Source of the DNA: a virus
Virus record (IMG/VR): IMGVR_UViG_3300037510_000203
DNA: 40,688 nt
Strand: one strand, 5' to 3'
The notes beneath the pieces are model-generated. The model searched no databases and was not told where the DNA came from. It saw only the letters and a program-made list of their open reading frames with translations. The position numbers were made by a program, and so were the translations under genes. Below, in pieces: positions 25,244 to 32,457 of this stretch. Each line of letters begins with the position of its first letter. Positions within the stretch are counted from its first letter, which is position 1.

Positions 25244-27175
25244 ATGAAGCGCCTCATAGCGGCATTCGCCGCGCTTCTGATCTCCGGTGCTGCACATGCG
25301 CAGTCTGGCACGGTAACGAGCTTCGCATTTGCAGTCGGAAAAGGCCCGGGAACGACGGGCTTCTCGTCGGTGCTCTGCGGTCTAGCGCAAATCCCGATCG
25401 GGCAGACCTCGGCTAATCCTGCTTGCGCGGCGCTGACTGGCGACGTGACGATGACCGCCGGTGGCGTCACCGCGATTGGCGCCAGCAAGGTCACAGCGGC
25501 GATGCTTGCCAGCATGACGTCCGCTCAGCTCCGCACCATCCTCTCGGATGAAGTCGGCACAGGTGCGGCGTATTTCGTTGGTGGCGCGCTCGGAACGCCG
25601 GCATCAGCCACGTTGACGAATGCCACGGGGCTTCCCATTAGCGGCCTTGCGGCGATCGCCACCAATACGATCCCAGGAAACGCTACGGCCGGCTCGGCAT
25701 CGCCGACTGCGCTCGCGGTGCCATCTTGCAGCACGGCCAGCAGCGCCCTAACGTGGACTACCAATACCGGATTTGGCTGCAATTCGATTGCAGGTGGCGG
25801 CTCCGGAGCATGGTCGAACACGCGGCTTGCCAAGACGGCCGCTTATGCTGCTGTCACTGGCGACTGCGGAGCAACGATAGCCCTTGGTGGAACGGCCGGC
25901 TATGGCGTCACCTTCAACGCGCCTAGCGGCTACGCGGCGAACTGCGCCTTTCTTGTTCGGAATGAAGATAGGGCGCGCGGTAAATTCATCTATCCGCAGT
26001 TCGCGTCTAGTTCTACGAGCCTCGCGGTTGGCATGGGAGCTAAGGTCTTTACGACGTCTGCCGGTCTGACTGTCTCTACGACCGAGCGCTACCGGGTATA
26101 TTCGCTCGCAAATCCATCCAACTTCATGGCTGGGACGGCCAGCTATTCCGGAACGACATTCACGCTCACGACGGACATAACGGGCGGCGGTGGCACGTTC
26201 ACCGACTGGCAGATTGCGCCAGAAGTTCGGATGGCACCTGGGACAGAGCGCTGGGTCTATAATCAAAACAATGTCTGGCTGCTCGATCCTCGCAAGAGGT
26301 GGCTGACTCCTGGCCGTGGGAACGTCTATGAGCTGTGCGTTCGGCAGGATGGAAATGACAGCGCTGACGGCTTCGGAGATGGTACGGTCGCTGCGGATTG
26401 TCTGGCCGGCATACAGACGGCAGTCAACATCATCGGCACCGAGTGGGATGGCAGCGGCTATAACTCGTGCGCTGTGGGCCTCTATGCTGGCGGAACTTCT
26501 ACGCTTGCCTCTGCAGCTACCCAAACTGGAGAAAGCATCGGCTGCTATCTCACTTACAACGTTCGTGGTGCAGTCAAGATCAATGGAGCTGGATCCTGCT
26601 TCAATAATGGCGACGGTGCCATTAGCATCTGGAACTGGAATCTTGGGTTTGTCCCGACCTTCGCATGCAATACGGGAAACGTTCTCACCTTCGCCGTGTT
26701 CAAGGGTCATCAAACCAGCGTCTATGACTTCAATGGCGGCACGGCAATCTGGATTCCAGGCGGGGTAACAGGTCTTGGGACCGGCGGCACCAAGGGCACG
26801 AACGACAGGTTTCTTGATCTCGATCTGCAGGGAAGCCTGACGTTCAATGCAACTGTGAACGTCGGAAATGGCGTCGATACCTTCAACCCGAATACCTTCG
26901 CGGCCTGCGAGGCTCATTGCAGTAAGATGACGTTGAGCGGAAGCGTCGCCTCGAGCGCCAATGTCAACTTTGCCGTAGCCTTGGCCCTTAGCTCTGGATC
27001 TGTGATCGTGTCAAGCCTGACTTGGCCTGGTAGCACTGCGACAAATCCAACGACACCCACAGGCTTCTCCGTCTTCATCAAGAACGGTACGACAATTCCA
27101 GGAGGCGTCTTACCGGCCTCAGGGTTTCCCGCTCAGAATTCCTTCTTCGGCCTCGTCACAGATACGGCTCTATAG
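25244..27175 (+). CDS. Second tail fibre/tailspike-like protein
   Basis: GDVTMTAGGVTAIGASKVTAAMLA fibre-repeat pattern; Gly/Thr/Ser-rich beta protein. Start MKRLIAAF (25244) or 25232. N-terminus is signal-peptide-like. Confidence 0.7.
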   Translation: MKRLIAAFAALLISGAAHAQSGTVTSFAFAVGKGPGTTGFSSVLCGLAQIPIGQTSANPACAALTGDVTMTAGGVTAIGASKVTAAMLASMTSAQLRTILSDEVGTGAAYFVGGALGTPASATLTNATGLPISGLAAIATNTIPGNATAGSASPTALAVPSCSTASSALTWTTNTGFGCNSIAGGGSGAWSNTRLAKTAAYAAVTGDCGATIALGGTAGYGVTFNAPSGYAANCAFLVRNEDRARGKFIYPQFASSSTSLAVGMGAKVFTTSAGLTVSTTERYRVYSLANPSNFMAGTASYSGTTFTLTTDITGGGGTFTDWQIAPEVRMAPGTERWVYNQNNVWLLDPRKRWLTPGRGNVYELCVRQDGNDSADGFGDGTVAADCLAGIQTAVNIIGTEWDGSGYNSCAVGLYAGGTSTLASAATQTGESIGCYLTYNVRGAVKINGAGSCFNNGDGAISIWNWNLGFVPTFACNTGNVLTFAVFKGHQTSVYDFNGGTAIWIPGGVTGLGTGGTKGTNDRFLDLDLQGSLTFNATVNVGNGVDTFNPNTFAACEAHCSKMTLSGSVASSANVNFAVALALSSGSVIVSSLTWPGSTATNPTTPTGFSVFIKNGTTIPGGVLPASGFPAQNSFFGLVTDTAL

Positions 27176-27184
27176 GGACTTACT

Positions 27185-27373
27185 ATGCCTAGCATCTGGA
27201 TTCTCGTTCTCACCACGCTTGTTCAAGATGTCGGTTATGTCACCACCCGCACTGAATATGCTCCAGGCAACAACAAGAGCGGGCTTGAAAACTGCCTCGA
27301 CGCCCAGAAGATGAAAACCATGCAGGCGGGTGACCGTATGAGGCACGCCCACTGCGAAGAGAAGAAGGACTAG
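27185..27373 (+). CDS. Small protein with hydrophobic N-terminus (62 aa)
   Basis: AGGGA RBS 8 nt upstream; MPSIWILVLTTLVQDVGYV. Confidence 0.45.
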   Translation: MPSIWILVLTTLVQDVGYVTTRTEYAPGNNKSGLENCLDAQKMKTMQAGDRMRHAHCEEKKD

Positions 27374-27384
27374 GCGACAGCTCG

Positions 27385-27651
27385 TTATGCGGGCTTATCG
27401 GGATAGTGCCAATATCGAAATAGACGGCCTGTGCGTGCATGCTCTACGGCATCGACGCATGGCTGTCCGTTATGACCGCTCGGCCAGTAATCGCAGGTCG
27501 GGTAAAGCACGCCTGGTGACTCGTTCGCGCCCATGCTGCCGTTGATTGGACCGCCGTCCTTCTTGGCGTAATGCAGATACACGTGGCCAAGCGCTAGGAT
27601 GCTGAAGCCGATCGAAGCGGCCGCAATATCCTTCCAAGTAAAATGTCCCAT
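27385..27651 (-). CDS. Reverse-oriented membrane-anchored protein (88 aa) embedded in the late operon
   Basis: TM segment AAASIGFSILALGHVYL, then a Cys/His/Trp-containing domain; convergent with 27185-27373. Confidence 0.5.
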   Translation of the reverse strand: MGHFTWKDIAAASIGFSILALGHVYLHYAKKDGGPINGSMGANESPGVLYPTCDYWPSGHNGQPCVDAVEHARTGRLFRYWHYPDKPA

Positions 27652-27710
27652 CTGAGTACGCCTTAAGGGATTTAAGACCCGGAACCTACCACCACAACCA
27701 GAGACTGATC

Positions 27711-27735
27711 AACCGCCCTCAGGGGCGGTTTTTTA
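27711..27735 (+). terminator. Rho-independent terminator immediately upstream of the endolysin gene
   Basis: CCGCCC TCAG GGGCGG followed by TTTTTT. Twelve nt later is the ATG at 27747. Confidence 0.7.
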
Positions 27736-27746
27736 TTGGGGAATCC

Positions 27747-28712
27747 ATGGCCAATCTTGCTGCATTGACGGCCGCCAATACGAAGCGCTGGGCGGCCGCA
27801 AATCTTACGCGCGGCCCCGAGTTCACTCGGCCGGCGAAAATCGCTTTTGCGAACAAGTCTCGATATATATCGATCGCAAAGCGGGCTGGCATGCCTGAGA
27901 TTGCCTGGCTCTTTATTGCGGTCAGTCACTACCGGGAATCAACGCAGAATTTTGCCGCCAGCTTGGCTCAGGGCGACCCCTTGGCCGATAAAAACGGCCA
28001 GCCGATCAAGTCGGTGCATGTCCCGGCTGACCGAGGCCCGTTCTACCCTCCGAACGCATTCGAGGATGCGGCCGTTGACGCCTTGGTCAAGTGTGCACCG
28101 AAAGCGGCTTTCCTGACGGATTGGACGATCGGCGGTATGCTGACCAATCTGGAGCGGTTCAACGGGCTGGGCTACGCCAACAAAGGCATTCCGTCTCCTT
28201 ACATCTGGTCTGGCACCGACCAATACACGGTTGGAAAATATGTCGCCGATGGGGTCTTCGACCCGAACAAGGTGGACAAGCAGCTCGGTTGCGCCGGCTT
28301 GATCCTAGCAATCATGGGGCTGGATCCGTCCATCAAGCTCGACGGACCCGCGGCACATATCCCAGCTCTACCGCCCGCACCGGAAGCACCGGCCAGGGAT
28401 GGAGAGTGGCTGCAGACCTCCCTGAATACGCTCGGTGCGGATCCTCAGCTCGTTGTCGACGGCATCGTAGGTCCTGCGACACGAAACGCCGTCCGCGCGT
28501 TCCAGCTCAGTAAGAACCTGGTTGTGGATGGGCTGGTAGGCCCGGCCACGTTCGGCGCGCTCGATGCGGCGCTCGCCGCCGGCAAACCCGTTCCTCAGCT
28601 GCCGGTTCAGCCTGAGATCGTTCTTCCGCCCTCCGTCACCAACCCTTCCAAGGGCTCGATCGGCGACATGATCGCCTCCTTCCTCAAAGCCATCTTCAGC
28701 AGAAAGGCATAA
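27747..28712 (+). CDS. Endolysin: lysozyme-family (COG5526-like) domain plus C-terminal PG_binding_1 domain
   Basis: HYRESTQNF...GDPL...NLERFNGLGY...PSPYIWSGT..YTVGKYVADG pattern; C-terminal LVVDGIVGPATRNAVRAFQ...LVVDGLVGPATFGAL. Confidence 0.8.
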   Translation: MANLAALTAANTKRWAAANLTRGPEFTRPAKIAFANKSRYISIAKRAGMPEIAWLFIAVSHYRESTQNFAASLAQGDPLADKNGQPIKSVHVPADRGPFYPPNAFEDAAVDALVKCAPKAAFLTDWTIGGMLTNLERFNGLGYANKGIPSPYIWSGTDQYTVGKYVADGVFDPNKVDKQLGCAGLILAIMGLDPSIKLDGPAAHIPALPPAPEAPARDGEWLQTSLNTLGADPQLVVDGIVGPATRNAVRAFQLSKNLVVDGLVGPATFGALDAALAAGKPVPQLPVQPEIVLPPSVTNPSKGSIGDMIASFLKAIFSRKA

Positions 28713-28715
28713 CCC

Positions 28716-29201
28716 GTGTCTCTCCTCATCGGCATCACCCTCATCATCGTCGGCCTGATCCTGGCCTATGCGCTCGCCATCCGGCCTTGGCTGAAAACCC
28801 AGGCTTGGGCCGTCCGGTTCTTCGCCTGGGTCGAGCCGTTCGAGCGCAACGTGTTCAAGAAATCGGAAACTGTGCTGGTCGGCCGGCTTGTGTGGTTGGG
28901 CGGCGCGATCGTCACGCTCTATGATGGATTCCTGGCGTATTTCAGTTCTCTGAACGTCGAACCACTCACCACCCGGGTGATGGACTTCCTGCATATCCCC
29001 CAGGATCTCCGGGGGCTGACGCTGAGCGCTGCGGTCACAGCGATCGGCCTTGCCATGGTCCGTCTCCGAAAGACCACCACCAAGCCGCTGGAGGTCGTGG
29101 CCGCCCCTCAAAATCTCTCGCCGACCGCAACAGCCGCGGTGCAACGGGCCGAGACCGCCAACCAAAGGGCTGTTGAGGCTGTTGCAGAGGTGAAAAGCTG
29201 A
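28716..29201 (+). CDS. Multi-pass membrane protein (holin candidate)
   Basis: LLIGITLIIVGLILAYALAI plus further hydrophobic segments; follows the endolysin. Confidence 0.55.
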   Translation: MSLLIGITLIIVGLILAYALAIRPWLKTQAWAVRFFAWVEPFERNVFKKSETVLVGRLVWLGGAIVTLYDGFLAYFSSLNVEPLTTRVMDFLHIPQDLRGLTLSAAVTAIGLAMVRLRKTTTKPLEVVAAPQNLSPTATAAVQRAETANQRAVEAVAEVKS

Positions 29202-29683
29202 TGGAGTTCCTCGCAAGCCTATTCACTGGCGGTCTCAGCGCGCTCTTCGGCGTCTTCGGAAAGACCATCACCGATCTGCATGCCGACAGCACCACCCGCT
29301 ACAAGAACGAGAATGACGCCGGCAACACGCTGGCGACGACCACAGCAGATGCCGCGGTTAAAAGTGCCCAGATCCGCGCCGACGTTCAGAAGTCGCAGGG
29401 CACATGGGGACCATTCGGGCTTGCGGGCTTCCTGATCTCCATGGCATTCGCGTTCCATGTTCTGATGATCGTGGCGGACTCGACGAGCTGGCATCTCGTG
29501 CCGATGCTGAAATGGTACTTCATCCCCTGGCTGCAGTGGCAAGAGCACGTTGTCGGATCGTGGCGCATCGCAACATTGCCGGGCAAGTTTGAAGACACAG
29601 AGCATGCTATTCTGCAGGCCCTGTTCTATGTCGGCCCCCCGAGTGCCGCACTCGTAATCGCGTCCAAAGCATTCAGGCGGTAA
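29201..29683 (+). CDS. Membrane protein of the lysis cassette (holin/antiholin/spanin-like, unresolved)
   Basis: Hydrophobic segments FGLAGFLISMAFAFHVLMIV and ALFYVGPPSAALVIA; ATG overlaps the upstream stop. Confidence 0.5.
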   Translation: MEFLASLFTGGLSALFGVFGKTITDLHADSTTRYKNENDAGNTLATTTADAAVKSAQIRADVQKSQGTWGPFGLAGFLISMAFAFHVLMIVADSTSWHLVPMLKWYFIPWLQWQEHVVGSWRIATLPGKFEDTEHAILQALFYVGPPSAALVIASKAFRR

Positions 29684-29785
29684 CAAGCGGGCCGAACCGG
29701 CGCTCGAACGTCGGCCCGACCCTACCGCCGCAAGACCGGCGGGCCCCGCGACGGGTGCAGTAATAGTATCCATCAGCCATTAATA

Positions 29786-29807
29786 GAATGTGTCGAATGT
29801 GTCACAT
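29786..29807. promoter_or_regulatory. Tandem 9-mer GAATGTGTC x2 overlapping the palindrome ATGTG-T-CACAT, in an AT-rich spacer
   Basis: Read directly at 29786-29803 and 29797-29807. Preceded by two TAATAG repeats (29761, 29781). Lies 45 nt upstream of the next gene. Confidence 0.4.
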
Positions 29808-29854
29808 ATCGCGAAATAACCTAGCGCCGACGGCGGCCGGAGCCTGGAGTGGAA

Positions 29855-30286
29855 ATGGGACTTTATCAATGGCTTATGCTTGGGCTGGGAGTTTTCGGCT
29901 TCATCGGGACGTGGATCATAGGCGCATTCACGCTCGGCCGCGCCGTCGAGCAGATGAAGGCCGCGCTCAAACTTGAGATCGAGAAAGAGCGAGACGGGAT
30001 TGTAGTTCGTATCGAGGCGATGGAGAGTCGGTTCGAAGACCAGCAAAAAGACCAGGACCATAATTTCGGCGAGGTGGGAGCAGCTATGCGCCAGTACATC
30101 GCCGATGTGGAGAAGAAGCTTCGTGAGGTCGAGATCTACGGCCGCGACAACTATGTTAAAATTCCCGACTTCGAAAAGGCGATGGATCGCTTAAGCGGTG
30201 ATCTCAAGTCATTCGCTGCTGAGATCAAGAAGGACTTCAAGGACAGCATCAACGATCTGAAGGCGGGTTTTGCTGGCCGCCCCTAA
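29855..30286 (+). CDS. N-terminally anchored coiled-coil membrane protein (about 143 aa)
   Basis: LYQWLMLGLGVFGFIGTWIIGAF TM, then charged heptad-like sequence. ATG at 29855 has GGAG 5 nt upstream (the track start is a GTG at 29849). Confidence 0.6.
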   Translation: MGLYQWLMLGLGVFGFIGTWIIGAFTLGRAVEQMKAALKLEIEKERDGIVVRIEAMESRFEDQQKDQDHNFGEVGAAMRQYIADVEKKLREVEIYGRDNYVKIPDFEKAMDRLSGDLKSFAAEIKKDFKDSINDLKAGFAGRP

Positions 30287-30298
30287 TAGGAGGCGTCA

Positions 30299-30490
30299 TT
30301 GCAATGGGTCCCAACAATCCTTACTGCTAGTGCCATCTTTTTTTGGCTTGGCTTCAGACACAAGCCGCGAAGCTGCGAAGATTGGAGGATCACATACAAC
30401 GTTGCTGGTATCGTGCTCGGAAACGTGTGTGTTGCCGTCTCGCTTCTGATCATGATTAACTATTTTTGTGATCTATGGTTACCACAATGA
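30299..30490 (+). CDS. Two-TM small membrane protein (63 aa)
   Basis: TTG start with AGGAGG 5 nt upstream; PTILTASAIFFWLGF and VAGIVLGNVCVAVSLLIMINYF. Confidence 0.5.
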   Translation: MQWVPTILTASAIFFWLGFRHKPRSCEDWRITYNVAGIVLGNVCVAVSLLIMINYFCDLWLPQ

Positions 30491-30864
30491 AGGACCCAGA
30501 TCATAATCCGGACGGCTGGACGTTCGCGACGCTGTATAAGCACGTTTCCCTGCTTTCCGACGCGGCAAAGGAGGCTGTGACCGCCGCAATTGCTGCAGCC
30601 CAGAAGGCGGTCGACAAGGCAGAGAGCGCACAGCAACTTCGCAATGAAGCACAGAATGAATGGCGCGCTGCCATGAAGGACCAGCAGGCCACATTTGCCG
30701 ACAAGGAACAGACCGAGAGACGGCTGAAGTCGATTGAAGAAGCGTTAGCGACACGTGCCGGCGCCGAGCGCGGGCTAGGCTTGGTGGGCTCTCTGATCAT
30801 AGGCGCCTGCGTGATCATTTCGGTCATCGTGGCCGCCGCTGGGTTGGCACTGCGGCATTCATGA
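30487..30864 (+). CDS. Coiled-coil protein with C-terminal TM anchor (125 aa)
   Basis: Start MKDPD (ATGA overlap with the upstream stop); C-terminal LGLVGSLIIGACVIISVIVAAAGLAL. Confidence 0.6.
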   Translation: MKDPDHNPDGWTFATLYKHVSLLSDAAKEAVTAAIAAAQKAVDKAESAQQLRNEAQNEWRAAMKDQQATFADKEQTERRLKSIEEALATRAGAERGLGLVGSLIIGACVIISVIVAAAGLALRHS

Positions 30865-31121
30865 TCCAACTCAATCCACCGTGGAAGGTCGCAACCCCGA
30901 TCGGGGATGCCGAGGCCCGCATTCTAGATCCCGGCAGTCCTGATGACATGTCACGGTTCCTCTGTGTGATCGAGGCGACGGGCGAAACATGGTGGATGTC
31001 ACAGCGCGATATCCGGGTGAACACGAATATCACCGATGGCCGCACCAAACTTACCCCATTCTCTACCGAGGCCATGAAGCGGTTCGAGCCGATGCGAAGG
31101 GTGGCGGAGAAATTGAGGTAA
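30861..31121 (+). CDS. Hypothetical 86-aa protein
   Basis: ATGA overlap with the upstream gene. Confidence 0.6.
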   Translation: MIQLNPPWKVATPIGDAEARILDPGSPDDMSRFLCVIEATGETWWMSQRDIRVNTNITDGRTKLTPFSTEAMKRFEPMRRVAEKLR

Positions 31122-31122
31122 A

Positions 31123-31148
31123 ATCTCGAGCCTAGCTAGATTCGAGAT
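31123..31148. terminator. Hairpin at a convergent gene junction (bidirectional terminator candidate)
   Basis: ATCTCGA (31123-31129) / TCGAGAT (31142-31148), 12-nt loop; no clear T-tract. Confidence 0.3.
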
Positions 31149-31344
31149 GCTCCCGCATCTCCATGAACATCTTCCGCACGTCGTCAAGCCGTAGCTTTCC
31201 GTTCCAGTGATCCTGGAGCAGCCGTAGCTGCAGCACGGCGATGGCATCCTGCTTGATGAGGTCAGACTCGGCGAAATAAGCCTTCATGTTCTGGATGAAG
31301 GCGCGGGCGACCTCGGGTGGCAGGTCTGGCTGCCTGGCCATCAC
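31132..31344 (-). CDS. Hypothetical 70-aa protein
   Basis: ATGA overlap with the upstream Cys-rich gene. Confidence 0.6.
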   Translation of the reverse strand: MMARQPDLPPEVARAFIQNMKAYFAESDLIKQDAIAVLQLRLLQDHWNGKLRLDDVRKMFMEMREHLESS

Positions 31345-31535
31345 AGATCGCGCTTGGCAATGGTGATGAAGCCCTCCGGCATTTCGGGGACATCGCCGTC
31401 CTCGACCTGATTACAGAGCGGGCAGGGCTTGCCGGCCGCGCCGCATGGGCAGGCACGGGGACCATCCTCCCACGGTAAATCCGGATGGGCCTCGCATACG
31501 AACCTGGCATTGTCGCAACGCAAACAGAGCTTCAT
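31341..31535 (-). CDS. Cys-rich zinc-ribbon-like small protein (64 aa)
   Basis: MKLCLRCDNARFVCEAHPDLPWEDGPRACPCGAAGKPCPLCN (7 Cys). Confidence 0.65.
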   Translation of the reverse strand: MKLCLRCDNARFVCEAHPDLPWEDGPRACPCGAAGKPCPLCNQVEDGDVPEMPEGFITIAKRDL

Positions 31536-31568
31536 GCCGACTCGATTCTTTCGAGCAGGATTGGTTCC

Positions 31569-31886
31569 TCAGCCCCAGCGTTTTGCCGCGTCGGCAGTCT
31601 TATGCCAATGCGCGATGTCGTCTGGTGTGAGGGACGCGTAAAACCGCTCCCATGCGGCTCTGAAATCCGCCTTTGCATCCTCAAAGGTCGCGGCCGCTCC
31701 GGTTGCCCACGACGGTACCGGGAGCGGAGGATTGACGAACCATTGCCACTCGTCGATATGCTCAACGTGGTTTGCCGCAAGCCTGATGCGGCCTATCGAT
31801 CGTCCGTCGCGATAGACGCAAAAGTCGTTCTCGAGGCGATCACCGCCGATCACGGTCCTTCGCAGCGTCAGATCCTGTCCTGGCAT
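31569..31886 (-). CDS. Hypothetical protein (105 aa from MPGQDL; up to 129 aa if the TTG at 31958 is used)
   Basis: ORF 31569..31958. The shorter start avoids overlapping the micro-peptide ORF 31918-32007. Confidence 0.55.
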   Translation of the reverse strand: MPGQDLTLRRTVIGGDRLENDFCVYRDGRSIGRIRLAANHVEHIDEWQWFVNPPLPVPSWATGAAATFEDAKADFRAAWERFYASLTPDDIAHWHKTADAAKRWG

Positions 31887-31917
31887 GCAGGGATGATTCC
31901 GCACACGGGCAGCCCGG

Positions 31918-32007
31918 TCAAGGATGCAGCCATGACCAGACGGCATATGCCAGCCCAATGATCGGCATCAGGAACACGCCGAGGACAAAAATACGAGGAG
32001 GAAGCAT
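31918..32007 (-). CDS. 29-aa hydrophobic micro-peptide (MLPPRIFVLGVFLMPIIGLAYAVWSWLHP)
   Basis: Hand-translated. ATG lies 3 nt after the HTH gene stop, with AGGA 7 nt upstream. Not in the ORF track. Confidence 0.35.
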   Translation of the reverse strand: MLPPRIFVLGVFLMPIIGLAYAVWSWLHP

Positions 32008-32010
32008 CGT

Positions 32011-32199
32011 CTAATCCTGGATGTCTTCGGGTCGGAGCCGATGTTTCAGCATCAGCTTGAGCAACATGGCGACGGCCTTGGGAGGCCCGTCAGCGGCGTA
32101 GCGTTGGCCTGTCCGGGGTGACAGGCCCAGCCATTCGCCGGCGCGCTCCTGGCTCAAGCCGAGCTCCTCTAGGGCCGCTTTATATTGCTTCGGGGTCAT
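32011..32199 (-). CDS. Small HTH (Cro/XRE-like) DNA-binding protein
   Basis: LGLSQERAGEWLGLSPRTGQRY helix-turn-helix pattern; first full-size gene of a leftward operon. Confidence 0.65.
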   Translation of the reverse strand: MTPKQYKAALEELGLSQERAGEWLGLSPRTGQRYAADGPPKAVAMLLKLMLKHRLRPEDIQD

Positions 32200-32274
32200 T
32201 GAACCTTAATCCGTCCGATATTATAGTCCCCGGAGTGGAAGGCGCCGCGTCCACGGCGCCCCCCGGCTTACGGT

Positions 32275-32355
32275 TTAGGTCAGGTAGAGGGCGAGGCTGA
32301 TACTCAGTTCTCGCCCTTTCCATTTCCACCGTAGAGCCAGAACGATGATGGGCAT
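32275..32355 (-). CDS. 26-codon leader ORF (MPIIVLALRWKWKGRELSISLALYLT), speculative
   Basis: Hand-translated; GGAG 8 nt upstream. Contains the 8-bp hairpin 32288-32317. Confidence 0.2.
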   Translation of the reverse strand: MPIIVLALRWKWKGRELSISLALYLT

Positions 32356-32424
32356 CGCTCTACTCCAGGGTTGGGTTCATCTTCGCCTGAACCTGTGGCG
32401 CTGTTGGCGTCAACCAACAAACGC

Positions 32425-32457
32425 AATGTACGCCATTATGGCGTATGCGTCAATACG
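32425..32457 (-). promoter_or_regulatory. Third CI-type promoter/operator (leftward)
   Basis: Minus strand reads TTGACG (32448-32453), 17 nt, TACATT (32425-32430). The spacer holds the perfect palindrome ACGCCAT-N-ATGGCGT (32430-32444). The 11-mer GCGTCAATACG is shared with PL (2935-2945), TATGCGTC with OR, and AATATCGAT upstream as at PR. Confidence 0.5.

Noticed and set aside
25748-26917. Long antisense ORFs opposite well-supported structural genes: 25748-26917, 15130-16119, 19651-20595, 28368-29216, 12699-13463, 13569-14150, 21443-21961, 22710-23411, 7780-8433 and 8442-8915
   Set aside because: Their translations are Arg/Gly/Ala/Pro/Ser-rich low-complexity sequence. They lie fully inside genes with clear homology or operon context. 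Shadow ORFs of this kind are expected in GC-rich DNA.
29855-30490. Calling 29855-30286 and 30299-30490 a canonical i-spanin/o-spanin pair
   Set aside because: The first protein fits an i-spanin topology. The second has two TM segments and no lipobox or N-terminal signal, so it cannot be a standard o-spanin. The pair is reported instead as an unresolved membrane cluster.
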